Shown piece by piece: positions 31,671-43,825 of a DNA stretch of 64,000 nt. The notes beneath the pieces are model-generated. The model did not search any database and was not told the DNA's origin. It saw nothing but the letters and a program-made list of their open reading frames with translations. The stretch is from assembly GCA_965206645.1 (NCBI GenBank), contig CBDBKE010000004.1, forward strand, positions 1,856,001 through 1,920,000, written 5' to 3'. Each line of letters begins with the position of its first letter. Positions within the stretch are counted from its first letter, which is position 1. The translations under genes were made by a program, and so were the position numbers. Source of the stretch: Terriglobia bacterium. GTDB lineage: Bacteria > Acidobacteriota > Terriglobia > JAJPHL01 > JAPKYU01.

Positions 31671-32675
31671 TCACTTTCCAGAACTGGCACTTCCCAGAAT
31701 TGGTTCTTCCCAGAATTGCTGGCTCAGGTACTTGTCGGCGCCGTCGGGGAAGATGGTGACCAGCACCCCCTGCTGCCCAGCCTGCTGCATCTCGCGCGCC
31801 ACGCGCAAGCAGCCCGCCAGCGCCGCGCCGCTCGAGGGGCCCACCAAAAGGCCTTCCTCGCGCGCCAGGCGCCGCACCATGTGGTAGGACTCCTCGGTTC
31901 CCACCGCAAGGTCCAGGTCGGCCAGGGCCGGGTCGTAGATGCCCGGCACGATCGCCGACTCCATGTGCTTCAACCCTTCCAGCCCGTGGAAGCCGGAATC
32001 CGGCTGCAGCGAAATCAGCCGGATCTTGGGGTTCAATTCCCGCAGGCGCCGGCCAGTGCCGATGAAGGTTCCTGTAGTGCCCAGACCCGCGACGAAATGC
32101 GTGATGCGGCCCTCGGTCTGGGCCCAGATTTCGTTGGCCGTGGTCTGGTAGTGGGCGCGCCAGTTGGCCGGGTTGCTGTACTGGTCGGGGTAGAAGTAGC
32201 GCTCCGGGTCGGCGGCATACAATTCCCGCACCTTGCGGATGGCGCCATCGGAACCCTCGGCCGCGTCTGTTAGTACCAGCTCCGCCCCGAAGGCCTGGAG
32301 CATACGCTTGCGTTCGATGCTGGCGCTGGCCGGCAGGCACAGCTTGGTCCGGTAGCCGCGGGCGGCTGCGATCATGGCGTAGGCAATGCCAGTGTTGCCG
32401 CTGGTGGCGTCCAGAATCACCTTGTCTTGGGTCAGCTGGCCACAACGCTCCCCTTCCAGGATCATGCTCAGGGCGGCCCGGTCCTTGACCGATCCCCCTG
32501 GGTTAAACCATTCCGCCTTGGCGTAAAATTCCACCGAGGAGAAGTCGCGCGTCGCCTTCTCCAGGCGCAGCATCGGCGTGTTGCCGATGCGTCCCAGCAA
32601 GGAAGGCAGCCCGACTGGCTCTTGGCGAGCCTGGGAGCTAGAATGGTTCAGGGTCATGCGCGCTCGTGCTGACAT
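31671..32675 (-). CDS. cysM: PLP-dependent cysteine synthase (CysM-type)
   Basis: IGNTP, NPGGSVKDR, TSGNTG and GLGTTGT. Confidence 0.9.
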   Translation of the reverse strand: MSARARMTLNHSSSQARQEPVGLPSLLGRIGNTPMLRLEKATRDFSSVEFYAKAEWFNPGGSVKDRAALSMILEGERCGQLTQDKVILDATSGNTGIAYAMIAAARGYRTKLCLPASASIERKRMLQAFGAELVLTDAAEGSDGAIRKVRELYAADPERYFYPDQYSNPANWRAHYQTTANEIWAQTEGRITHFVAGLGTTGTFIGTGRRLRELNPKIRLISLQPDSGFHGLEGLKHMESAIVPGIYDPALADLDLAVGTEESYHMVRRLAREEGLLVGPSSGAALAGCLRVAREMQQAGQQGVLVTIFPDGADKYLSQQFWEEPILGSASSGK

Positions 32676-32788
32676 CTGTCCAGGAACAGGATTTTGTTCT
32701 TTAGGGTGATCCGTGCCCAGGCAAATTCACCCTGGTGTTATTATATCCTACTCGCGAATCGAGCTAATCTCTGCCGGAGGTCGAAGCT

Positions 32789-33214
32789 ATGCTGCCCAGC
32801 CTGCCGCCCCAACTGAGTTTCGACCAGCTTCAGGATCGTCTCCGCGCTGCTGGCTTTGAGGTCAGCGCGCAGCAGACCCACCTCGCACGCGTCCAGAAAG
32901 GGCGGTGCGCCGCAGTCCTGGAGCGCACGCCCGACGGCCAGGTTCGCTTTGCCGAACCCGCCGGGTACCTCGTTGGGCAGTTTATCGCTCGCCTTGAGGA
33001 CCGCGGCTTTCAGAAGTACCTTTGGACGCCTGAGCGGAGCCTGCCCGCGCTGGCCGAGCACCTGGAGCAAATCCAGAGTTTCGATGAGCAGTTGAAGCAA
33101 GCTCTGGAACTGCCCAGCTTGTACAACGAATCGTTGGGGACGGTGTCGGACCGCTACCTCTACGACCGCGTCCGGGGACGGGAGATCCCGGGAGAGCTCA
33201 AGCGCTACCGGTAG
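32789..33214 (+). CDS. Hypothetical protein
   Basis: GGAGG RBS; LYNESLGTVSDRYLYDRV C-terminus. Confidence 0.75.
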   Translation: MLPSLPPQLSFDQLQDRLRAAGFEVSAQQTHLARVQKGRCAAVLERTPDGQVRFAEPAGYLVGQFIARLEDRGFQKYLWTPERSLPALAEHLEQIQSFDEQLKQALELPSLYNESLGTVSDRYLYDRVRGREIPGELKRYR

Positions 33215-33403
33215 GTTTTGCCGCGCAGCATTGCCACAGGTTCTGCGATTCCTCCCTAGCCCCCCGTCCTCCGGCAGCAACGCTTTTTGTAGGATTTCTC
33301 TGTGGGCACCAAGATGCGGTTGTCAAGGACCAACTCATTGGTCCTAAAGGGATTGCTTGCGCTCGGCCCGTAATAAGAAGGGACCCCTTTTCTTGAGGTA
33401 CTT

Positions 33404-35335
33404 CTAGGCGGTCGCGGGCCGCTCGCCCCCGGCCAGCGGCCGAGGGCTCGGCGCGGGCTCCGGTTTTATCACCTGCTGTTTGCCAGGCTCTTCGGTGGGC
33501 GTGGGGGTGGGCGGCGGCGGCTCCGGCAGGGGCTTACCTTCGATCAGTAGGTTAATCTCGCGCCCGTCCAGCACTTCCCGTTCCAGCAGGGCGTCGGCGA
33601 TGCGCACCAGAGAATCGCGATTCTCGGTCAGGATCGCCGTGGCGCGCTCATAGCCTTTCTGGGCGATCGTGCGGACCTCCTCATCAATCCGGATCGCGGT
33701 CTGCTCGGAAAAATCCCGGTGCTGGGTGATCTCGCGGCCGAGGAAAATCTGCTCCTCTTTCTTGCCAAAGGTGATCGGCCCCAGGTCGCTCATGCCCCAC
33801 TCGCACACCATCTTGCGGGCCAGCTCGGTGGCGCGCTCGATGTCATCGCCAGCGCCGGTGGTTATGTGGTTCATGAACAGCTCCTCGGAGACGCGGCCCC
33901 CCATCATGATGGCGATGCGGGCGTCCAGGAACTCCTTGGTCAGGGTGTACTTGTCATCTTCCGGCAGTTGCATGGTGACGCCCAGGGCGACTCCGCGCGG
34001 AATGATGGTGACCTTGTGCAGCGGGTCGGCACCGGGAATCGAGGCGGCCACCAGGGCATGGCCGGCTTCGTGGTAGGCGGTGTTGCGCTTCTCCGCGTCG
34101 CTAAGGATCAGTGACTTGCGGGCCGCGCCCATGATCACTTTGTCTTTGGCCAGCTCGAAGTCGCTCATGGTAACCGTCTTACGGTTGTAGCGCGCAGCGT
34201 TCAGAGCCGCCTCATTGACCAGGTTGGCCAGGTCGGCCCCGGAAAAGCCGGGCGTGCCCCGAGCCAGCACCGCCAGCTTCACGTCCTCGTCCAGGGGAAT
34301 CTTTCGCGTGTGCACCTGCAGGATGGCTTCGCGCCCCCTGGCGTCCGGCCAGGGCACCACCACGCGCCGGTCGAAGCGGCCCGGCCGCAGAAGGGCCGGG
34401 TCCAGCACGTCCGGCCGGTTGGTGGCGGCTATCAGGATGACGCCTTCGTTGGACTCAAAGCCGTCCATCTCCACCAGCAACTGGTTCAGGGTCTGCTCGC
34501 GCTCGTCGTGCCCGCCGCCCAGACCGGCGCCGCGGTGACGGCCAACCGCGTCAATTTCGTCGATGAAAACGATGCAGGGGGCATTCTTCTTGCCCTGCTC
34601 GAACAGGTCGCGCACCCGGCTGGCGCCCACGCCCACAAACATCTCCACGAAGTCCGAGCCGGAGATGGAGAAGAAGGGGACGCTGGCCTCGCCGGCCACG
34701 GCCCGCGCCAACAGGGTCTTGCCCGTGCCAGGCGGTCCCACCAGCAGAACGCCTTTTGGAATACGTCCGCCCAATTTCTGGAACTTCTGAGGCTCCCGGA
34801 GAAACTCGATGATCTCCTGCAGTTCTTCCTTGGACTCCTCCACGCCAGCCACGTCGTTGAAGGTGACCTTCTTCTGCTGACTGGAGAGCAGGCGAGCTCG
34901 GCTCTTGCCGAAGCTGAGCGCTTTGTTGCCCCCGCTCTGCATCTGACGCATCATGAAAATCCAGAAGCCGATCAGCAGCAGGAAAGGTGAGGCCTGCAGT
35001 AGCAGCGTAAGCCACGAACTGCTGGAAGCCTCCTTGACCTGGATCACCACGTCTTTCTCCCGAAGCTGCTTGATCATGTCCGGGTAATTGGGGGGCGCGA
35101 TCGTCTTAAATGCCTGGCTTTGGGTCTTAAGCTTGCCCCGGATCTCAGGAGGCGAATTGTTGGTGCCGATGATGGTGACCTCGGCGACATTGCCCGCCTC
35201 GACTTCGCGGAGGAAGCGGGTAAAGTTCAGCTCTTCCTCTTTATTGGGCGTTCCGGTCTTCACCACCTGCCACAAGAGCACGGCGGTAGCCAGCATGACG
35301 ACCCAGAAGACGACGGTTTTTGCCGTTGCGTTCAA
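33404..35335 (-). CDS. ftsH: ATP-dependent zinc metalloprotease FtsH
   Basis: [17 protein letters not shown] motif and HEAGH. Confidence 0.99.
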   Translation of the reverse strand: MNATAKTVVFWVVMLATAVLLWQVVKTGTPNKEEELNFTRFLREVEAGNVAEVTIIGTNNSPPEIRGKLKTQSQAFKTIAPPNYPDMIKQLREKDVVIQVKEASSSSWLTLLLQASPFLLLIGFWIFMMRQMQSGGNKALSFGKSRARLLSSQQKKVTFNDVAGVEESKEELQEIIEFLREPQKFQKLGGRIPKGVLLVGPPGTGKTLLARAVAGEASVPFFSISGSDFVEMFVGVGASRVRDLFEQGKKNAPCIVFIDEIDAVGRHRGAGLGGGHDEREQTLNQLLVEMDGFESNEGVILIAATNRPDVLDPALLRPGRFDRRVVVPWPDARGREAILQVHTRKIPLDEDVKLAVLARGTPGFSGADLANLVNEAALNAARYNRKTVTMSDFELAKDKVIMGAARKSLILSDAEKRNTAYHEAGHALVAASIPGADPLHKVTIIPRGVALGVTMQLPEDDKYTLTKEFLDARIAIMMGGRVSEELFMNHITTGAGDDIERATELARKMVCEWGMSDLGPITFGKKEEQIFLGREITQHRDFSEQTAIRIDEEVRTIAQKGYERATAILTENRDSLVRIADALLEREVLDGREINLLIEGKPLPEPPPPTPTPTEEPGKQQVIKPEPAPSPRPLAGGERPATA

Positions 35336-35392
35336 GTCCTGTCCCTCAATCCCCCCATGCGTCCCGGCGTCGGGTCCAGCTGCGTACTAGGA

Positions 35393-35986
35393 TCACTCCT
35401 TCTTCTTCCCAGCCGCGGCGACTGCTTTCTTCCCCGCCGAGGAAACCGCAGACGATTCCTTGGCCTCGTCCCCGGTCAGCGTCCCGACATAGGGCAGGTT
35501 GCGGTACTGCTCCCGGTAGCCCATCCCGTACCCGACCAGGAAGCGGCCCTGCATCTGGAACCCGGAAAAATCGGGGTCCAGGGCCACGCGCCGCTCGTCG
35601 ATCTTGTCCACCAGCACGGCCGCCTTCACCGAGGCGGCGCCCTTGGCCAGGAACTGCTGGACCAAATGATCCAGGGTGATGCCGGTGTGCAGCACGGAAT
35701 CCGCCAGAAGCAGGTCCTGGCCTTGTACTTCCAGCTTGGGCGTGTGCACGACCACGCGGCGCTCGTGCCCGTGTTCCATCACGTCGCTCATTTCCACTTT
35801 AACGAACTGGCAAACCACCGGGCAGGTGAGCCGCCGCACCAGGTCTGCCATGAACAGGAAGCCATTCTCCAGAAGCGCGACCACGTGGACCGTGCGCTGG
35901 CCGTACGCCTGCGAGATGGCCGCTGCCATCTCGCTCACCTTCTGTTGGATTTGCTCCTCACTCAGGAGGACTTCCAGCTTCTTCAT
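35393..35986 (-). CDS. hpt: Hypoxanthine phosphoribosyltransferase homolog with a divergent PRPP loop
   Basis: F.ADL.R, FLVGYGM..YRNLPY; conserved tilS-hpt-ftsH order. Confidence 0.85.
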   Translation of the reverse strand: MKKLEVLLSEEQIQQKVSEMAAAISQAYGQRTVHVVALLENGFLFMADLVRRLTCPVVCQFVKVEMSDVMEHGHERRVVVHTPKLEVQGQDLLLADSVLHTGITLDHLVQQFLAKGAASVKAAVLVDKIDERRVALDPDFSGFQMQGRFLVGYGMGYREQYRNLPYVGTLTGDEAKESSAVSSAGKKAVAAAGKKKE

Positions 35987-37412
35987 CACTCAAGTCCTCT
36001 TCTCGAATCAGGATACCAACCTGCCTTGCCGACCCCATCCGAAATGGGCGCGCTACAGGGAATCCCCGCACCCAGACGATCTGGTTCCCGCTGAGCACCA
36101 CGGGCCAGAGTTTGCGCTCCTCAGCGGGAATCCGGCGTTCGAGCAACAGCGTCTTAATCTTTTTCCTTCCCTGGCCCGAAGGGGACTCAAAGGCATCCCC
36201 TGGACGCCAGTTGCGCACCGTCAGCGGATTCTGGACCGACTCCAGATCCGCCAAAGATTCCTCCCATCCATTATAACCCTGTTCTGCGTGGCCCCGGCTC
36301 ACCAAATTAAACAGCAGGCGCTTTCCCACGGCGGGAATGACACAGGTCCCAGGCACCTGCACTTGATATTCATAAGGGGCTGGAGCTGGGCGAGCCGACG
36401 GGCGGAACTCCAAACAGTCAAACACCCGCACTACTTGGCGCGCCGGCAACTGCAGCCGCTGTCCGCTCTGACCGGCCAGCGCCAGCCTCCGTAGGGCCTC
36501 GATGTGGGCCAGCTCCAGGCGCTGTAGCGAACCCGTCCGCGCCAGCGCTGCCCATAGCAGGCGGCGCTGCTGGGCCCTACTTAGTTGGACGAATTGGGCC
36601 AAGGAGAGTTTCGAAATTACGCTTCCCTGCTCCTGATGCAAGGTGGCGAACTGGGGCAGCAGCTCCGCCGTGTGCTGGTTCCAGTAGGCTTCTTCGTCCT
36701 GGGCAATTTCTGCGGTGGCAGCCAGGTGCTCCACGAGTCTGGGGTTGTAAGTTTCCAGCAACGGAACCACCTCAGTGCGCAGACGGTTTCGGGTCAGCCG
36801 CAGGTCCCGGTTGGAGGAATCCTCGCGCCAGGCAATTCCCCGCGCAGCCAGCCAGGCGCGCACTGCTGCCCTTCGCTGTTCCAGCAGCGGGCGCAGCAGC
36901 CAGCTGTCTACCGCCGGCCGCCCCTCTACCACAGGCCGCCTCTCTACCATAGGATAGATGCCAGCCAGGCCGCGCGTGCCGGAGCCTCTCAGCAAACGCG
37001 CCAGCACGGTTTCGGCCTGGTCATCCGCGCTGTGCCCGGTGGCCACTTTTTTTACCTCGCCGCGTTCCACCAGGCTGCGGAGAAACCGGTAGCGGAGTTC
37101 GCGGCTCACGCTTTCCAGGTTGCGGCGACGGCTGTGCGCTTCAGCGGCCACATCGGCGGCGGCGCCAAAGAAAGGCAGGCCGCGACGGGCAGCGAGTTCT
37201 TCCACAAAGCGGGCATCGGCGTCAGATTCCGCACCGCGGAGGCGATGGTTGAAATGTGCCACCGCCAGTTCCACCGCCAGCCGGTCGCGCAGCTCCATCA
37301 GCACCTGTAGCAGGGCCACTGAGTCAGCGCCCCCGCTAACGGCTGCCGCCACTCGATCCCCCGGCTCCAGCATTCGGTGCCGTTTCACAAACTGATAAAT
37401 CCGCTCTGTCAT
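35958..37412 (-). CDS. tilS: tRNA(Ile)-lysidine synthetase
   Basis: SGGADS, HFNHRLR, GHSADDQAET, RPLL and a TilS C-terminus. Confidence 0.97.
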   Translation of the reverse strand: MTERIYQFVKRHRMLEPGDRVAAAVSGGADSVALLQVLMELRDRLAVELAVAHFNHRLRGAESDADARFVEELAARRGLPFFGAAADVAAEAHSRRRNLESVSRELRYRFLRSLVERGEVKKVATGHSADDQAETVLARLLRGSGTRGLAGIYPMVERRPVVEGRPAVDSWLLRPLLEQRRAAVRAWLAARGIAWREDSSNRDLRLTRNRLRTEVVPLLETYNPRLVEHLAATAEIAQDEEAYWNQHTAELLPQFATLHQEQGSVISKLSLAQFVQLSRAQQRRLLWAALARTGSLQRLELAHIEALRRLALAGQSGQRLQLPARQVVRVFDCLEFRPSARPAPAPYEYQVQVPGTCVIPAVGKRLLFNLVSRGHAEQGYNGWEESLADLESVQNPLTVRNWRPGDAFESPSGQGRKKIKTLLLERRIPAEERKLWPVVLSGNQIVWVRGFPVARPFRMGSARQVGILIREEDLSDEEAGSPPE

Positions 37413-37581
37413 GTCCAAATGTCAGCCAGGTCTCAATCGTCGGGGGCACATTCCGTCCCCCCGACAGCTATCCCCTGAAACCTGACACTGCCTTGATTAT
37501 CGCACCGTCCGGAAACATGTGCTGCCTGTACCTGGCACCTGTTAGAATGGCGGGTGGAACGCCCTCCAGGAGAATTTCCTG

Positions 37582-39192
37582 ATGCCAGTGGAAGCAATGA
37601 AGGAAACAGTAGCGCCGACCCTTTCCGCGTTTGACAACGAAAAGTTCACCGATTTTTCTGACCCGGAGGAGCACCGCAAGATGGAGGCGGCGCTGGCTCA
37701 GGCGCGGGGTGAACTGGGTCGGCTGTACCCGTTGGTACTTGGAGGCCGGCGGCTCAAGCCCAAAGCCAGATGGGAATCCCGCAATCCCTCCCGGCCAGAG
37801 GAGGTCGTAGGCGTTTTCCCGAAGGCCGGCCGCAGGCACGCCCGGCAGGCCATCGAGGCTGCCGAGGGTGCCTTGGAAAGCTGGAAGCAGGTGCCGGCTG
37901 AGCAGCGCGCCGAATGGCTGCTCCGCGTGGCTGCCATCATGCACCGCCGCAAGTTTGAGTTGTCGGCCTGGATGGTGTTTGAGGTCGGCAAGACCTGGGC
38001 GGAAGCCGACGCCGACACGGCCGAAGCGATTGACTTCTGCAACTTCTACGCGCGCGAGGCACTGCGCCTGCTGTTGCCCGATCCCGGCCGGGTGACTCCC
38101 ATCCCCGGCGAACGCAATGAGCTGCGTTACATCCCCCTGGGAGTGGGCGTCGTCATCCCACCCTGGAATTTCCCACTGGCCATCGCCGCCGGCATGACTA
38201 CCGCCGCGATCGTCACCGGCAACACAGTGGTACTGAAACCGTCGAGCGATTCGCCGACCATCGCCTATAAGCTCTATGAGGTCCTCACCGAAGCCGGTTT
38301 GCCAGAGGGCGTGCTGAACTTCCTGCCGGGCAGCGGCAGCCTCATTGGTGACACGCTGGTTGACCACCCGCGCACTCGCTTCGTGACTTTTACCGGCTCC
38401 AAGCCGGTGGGCTTGCGCATCAATCAGCGCGCAGCCCGGCATCAGCCAGGCCAGCTCTGGATCAAGCGCGTCGTCGCTGAGATGGGCGGCAAAGACGCCA
38501 TCATTGTGGACAGCGAGACTGACGTGGAGAAGGCCGCCGCGGCCGTCACGGCCTCCGCCTTCGGCTACCAGGGGCAGAAGTGCTCGGCCTGCTCCCGCGC
38601 CATCGTGGTGGATTCGCTCTACGACGCCTTCCTGGAGAAGCTGAAAACGCGAGTGGAGAAAATCCCCGTCGGCGCCAGCGACGATCCGGGAAGCTTCATG
38701 GGCCCGGTGATCAACGCCGCGGCCATGAAGTCCATCCTTGCTTACATTGAGACGGGCAAGCAGGAAGGGCGGCTGGTCACCGGCGGAGGCGCCGCTAAGA
38801 CCGGCGACGGCGCCGACGATGGTGGGGGTTACTTCATCCAGCCTACCGTCATCGCCGACGTGGATCCCAAGTCGCACGTCGCCCAAGAGGAAATCTTCGG
38901 ACCGGTGCTGGCGGTGATCCGCGCCCGTGACTTCGAAGACGCTCTGCGCATCGCCAACGACACCGAATACGGCCTGACCGGCGCCGTCTTCTCCGACAAC
39001 CCCGAGAAGCTGGAAAAGGCCGGCGACCTGTTCCACGTGGGCAACCTCTACTTCAACCGCAAGTGTACCGGGGCGATGGTGGGGGCGCACCCCTTCGGCG
39101 GCTTCAACATGTCCGGCACCGATTCCAAGGCGGGCGGTCGCGACTACCTGCTGCTGTTTACTCAGGCCAAAGCCATCTCCCACAAGATCTAA
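37582..39192 (+). CDS. pruA: L-glutamate gamma-semialdehyde (P5C) dehydrogenase
   Basis: PWNFP, FTGS, EMGGKD, QGQKCSACS, EEIFGP and SGTDSKAGG. Confidence 0.93.
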   Translation: MPVEAMKETVAPTLSAFDNEKFTDFSDPEEHRKMEAALAQARGELGRLYPLVLGGRRLKPKARWESRNPSRPEEVVGVFPKAGRRHARQAIEAAEGALESWKQVPAEQRAEWLLRVAAIMHRRKFELSAWMVFEVGKTWAEADADTAEAIDFCNFYAREALRLLLPDPGRVTPIPGERNELRYIPLGVGVVIPPWNFPLAIAAGMTTAAIVTGNTVVLKPSSDSPTIAYKLYEVLTEAGLPEGVLNFLPGSGSLIGDTLVDHPRTRFVTFTGSKPVGLRINQRAARHQPGQLWIKRVVAEMGGKDAIIVDSETDVEKAAAAVTASAFGYQGQKCSACSRAIVVDSLYDAFLEKLKTRVEKIPVGASDDPGSFMGPVINAAAMKSILAYIETGKQEGRLVTGGGAAKTGDGADDGGGYFIQPTVIADVDPKSHVAQEEIFGPVLAVIRARDFEDALRIANDTEYGLTGAVFSDNPEKLEKAGDLFHVGNLYFNRKCTGAMVGAHPFGGFNMSGTDSKAGGRDYLLLFTQAKAISHKI

Positions 39193-39252
39193 AAGACAAC
39201 ACGAAGGCACAAAGTTCACAAAGCCGAACGCTTTGTGTCCTTCGTGTCTTTG
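39192..39252. repeat. Imperfect inverted repeat of ACACGAAG/CACAAAG units (REP-like or bidirectional terminator)
   Basis: ACACGAAGGCACAAAG ... CTTTGTGTCCTTCGTGT between convergent genes. Confidence 0.6.
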
Positions 39253-39277
39253 CATTTGTCTTTTGAAATTAGCGGGG

Positions 39278-39976
39278 TTAATCGTAGCGACGGAGGATGG
39301 GCCGGCGATCGTCGGGATCGCGGGGCCGCCGCTCAGAGACGGGTGCTTCGGTCAGTCCTTCGGGGATCTCCAGCGGGCGGGCCAGACTCATGGTTAACTG
39401 AGTCCCAGCAGGAATAACGGTCGGCGCGCGGCTGCTTGCGATTTTGCGCCCGATCAGCACGGCTGCCACACCGACCGCGGCCCCAATGCCAGCACCCTTG
39501 GCGCTACGGGTCGTCATGGCGCCGATTCCCGCCCCGGTCATGCCTATCTCTGCCGCCTCGCGGGTCGTGTCCGCCTTGCTGCCCGACCGCTCTATCGTTC
39601 CCTCCTCCAATGCGGCACGCAGCTGCTTGCGGTCAATCTCCTCCACGGCGGCGTTGAAATCCAGGCGCCGGCCGTTGGGCAGAGTCAGGGTCTGCGGGCT
39701 GAGCTGGATGCGCTTCTTGCTGCCGCGCACCCGGCCTTCTACCTCGCATCCGGCGGGCAGCACTTCCTGCCCGTCGGCAAAAACCGGGTAGACCACCAGG
39801 GCCGAGAAGCGTTCCAGGCTTTTTCTGCTCGGAACCACCTGGTTTTCCAGACGGACAACAATCTCCGTGCCCGGCTGCAGGGTCACCGCCCAGGCAGGCA
39901 AGGCCCCCGAAGCGAAAACCGCCAGCGGCACGATCACGGCGAACAGTGGGAAGGAGGATCGGGAATTCATGCCCAT
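39278..39976 (-). CDS. Secreted protein with a glycine-zipper hairpin (TrbI/VirB10-like beta core)
   Basis: Signal peptide, PGTEIVVRL, GAGIGA repeats and IPAGTQL. Confidence 0.75.
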   Translation of the reverse strand: MGMNSRSSFPLFAVIVPLAVFASGALPAWAVTLQPGTEIVVRLENQVVPSRKSLERFSALVVYPVFADGQEVLPAGCEVEGRVRGSKKRIQLSPQTLTLPNGRRLDFNAAVEEIDRKQLRAALEEGTIERSGSKADTTREAAEIGMTGAGIGAMTTRSAKGAGIGAAVGVAAVLIGRKIASSRAPTVIPAGTQLTMSLARPLEIPEGLTEAPVSERRPRDPDDRRPILRRYD

Positions 39977-40013
39977 AAGACGGGTCTCGGCCGTCCAGGG
40001 TTACTGCTTGATT

Positions 40014-40041
40014 AGTCCAAAGTCCAGGGTCCAAAGGCCAA
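40014..40041. repeat. Heptamer tandem repeat (AGTCCAA-like x4)
   Basis: agtccaa agtccag ggtccaa aggccaa. Confidence 0.5.
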
Positions 40042-40263
40042 AGCCTTGTTTCTCCCTGAGCTCACACTACCGAGTCTAGAAAGAGCCAAAAGGCACCACA
40101 GATGAGCAACCCGCCGGCGGCGCGAATTGGGCTGGCCTTCAGCTTCTGAAGCGCTAGGTTGGCCTCGGCAAGGGGGAATACATACGCCCAGGCCGCGTTC
40201 CGCCGCGAACCAGGATCCCACTCCAAGGGCTCGCAAAGAGTCCTGTGATATAGTCCCGAAGCC

Positions 40264-41427
40264 GTGTCCCGCAAGCCGGTTCTGCCGCTGCACGATTTGC
40301 GCGCGCAGTACGATTCCATTCGCACGGAAGTTGCACTGGCCCTGGCCGACGTTCTGGAGCGGCAGGAGTTCGTGCTGGGCCGCGAGGTGCGCCAGCTGGA
40401 GGAGGAGATGGCGCGCTTGGGCGACACGCGCCATGCAGTAGCCTGCGCCAACGGCTCCGACGCGCTGCTGCTGGCGCTGCTGGCGCTCGATGTTCGAGCG
40501 GGCGACGAAGTTGCGGTCCCATCGTTTACCTTTGTAGCCACCGCCGGCGCGGTAGCCCGATTGGGAGCGCGCCCGGTGTTCGTGGACATCGAGCCGCGCT
40601 CCTTCAACATATCTCCTGAGGCCCTGGAGCAAGCCGTGGTTCGTCATCCAGAGCTGCGCGCCGTTATCCCGGTAGACCTGTTCGGGCAGATTCCTGACAT
40701 GGAGGCGCTGCGGCAACGTCTGCCCGAGGGGGTACCCATAGTGGAAGACGCGGCGCAGGCTATTCTGGCCGTGCGCCATGGCCGCCGCGCCGGCGGCCTC
40801 GGGCGCATGGGCACCTTCAGCTTCTATCCTGCCAAGAATCTCGGGGGCTATGGTGACGGCGGAATGGTGGTGACCGACGACGACGCACTGGCGGCTCGGC
40901 TGCGCCGCCTGCGCGTGCACGGCTCAACCGACAGCTACTACCACGAGGAAGTGGGCCTCAACAGCCGCCTGGACACGTTGCAGGCAGCGGTGCTGCTGGT
41001 GAAACTGCGGCACCTGGAGGCCTGGACGGCTGCCCGTGAGCGCGCCGCCGAGCGGTACACGCGCCTGTTCGCGGAGCGCGGCCTGGCGCAGGCCGCAGCT
41101 CTTTACCCCTCGGAAGAACGCCCGGTGGTGGTGCCGGGGGTGGAGCCTGGCTCCGGCCGGCACGTCTTCCACCAGTACACGATTCGCGCGCTCGACCGCG
41201 ACCGGCTCCATCTGGCCCTGGAAGCTGAGGGCATCCGCACTGCTATCTACTACCCACTCCCGCTGCACCTGCAACGTTGCTTCGCGGTGCTGGGCGGTAA
41301 GGAGGGTGACTGCCCGGAAGCCGAGCGCGCCGCGCGCGAGGTCCTTTCCCTTCCGATCTTCCCGGAAATTACCGACGAGCAGCAACAGCGCGTGGTCACC
41401 GCCATTGCCGCCTTCTTCCGGCGCTGA
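40264..41427 (+). CDS. DegT/DnrJ/EryC1/StrS sugar aminotransferase
   Basis: NGSDAL, EDAAQ, SFYPAKNLG.GDGG and NSRLD. Confidence 0.95.
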   Translation: MSRKPVLPLHDLRAQYDSIRTEVALALADVLERQEFVLGREVRQLEEEMARLGDTRHAVACANGSDALLLALLALDVRAGDEVAVPSFTFVATAGAVARLGARPVFVDIEPRSFNISPEALEQAVVRHPELRAVIPVDLFGQIPDMEALRQRLPEGVPIVEDAAQAILAVRHGRRAGGLGRMGTFSFYPAKNLGGYGDGGMVVTDDDALAARLRRLRVHGSTDSYYHEEVGLNSRLDTLQAAVLLVKLRHLEAWTAARERAAERYTRLFAERGLAQAAALYPSEERPVVVPGVEPGSGRHVFHQYTIRALDRDRLHLALEAEGIRTAIYYPLPLHLQRCFAVLGGKEGDCPEAERAAREVLSLPIFPEITDEQQQRVVTAIAAFFRR

Positions 41428-41484
41428 GGCGGGAGCAAAGTGGCTACCGTTCGCTGGGGGAATCGACCTGGGTGGGCAAAAGCA

Positions 41485-41523
41485 AACGGGGTAGCCAACC
41501 GCTTGCGAGTTGGCTACCCCGTT
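41485..41523. terminator. 15-bp perfect stem hairpin between convergent genes
   Basis: AACGGGGTAGCCAAC-N9-GTTGGCTACCCCGTT. Confidence 0.8.
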
Positions 41524-41556
41524 CGCAATGGCCGCTGGGGGGACTGACCCGGGAAA

Positions 41557-43629
<2,073 letters not shown>

Positions 43630-43825
43630 CTATTCGTCTCCTTACTCGGGTTCCTAGGAATATACGGCACCCCTCCCATAGCGGGGCACACGAACCGCTC
43701 CCTAACCTTAAGGGCGGTGTCATGATAGCTTAACTGTTTTCTATTAAAGGGCTACTTTTCATAGTCGTATGGGGACTAGGGAGGGGCGAAGCGGGGGTTC
43801 TTTTTGGTGGTACAGTAGCCCTGGC

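Noticed and set aside
37468-39255. Long antisense ORFs (e.g. 37468-39255, 49492-51456, 8190-9377, 14388-15566)
   Set aside because: Shadow frames of high-GC genes on the opposite strand.
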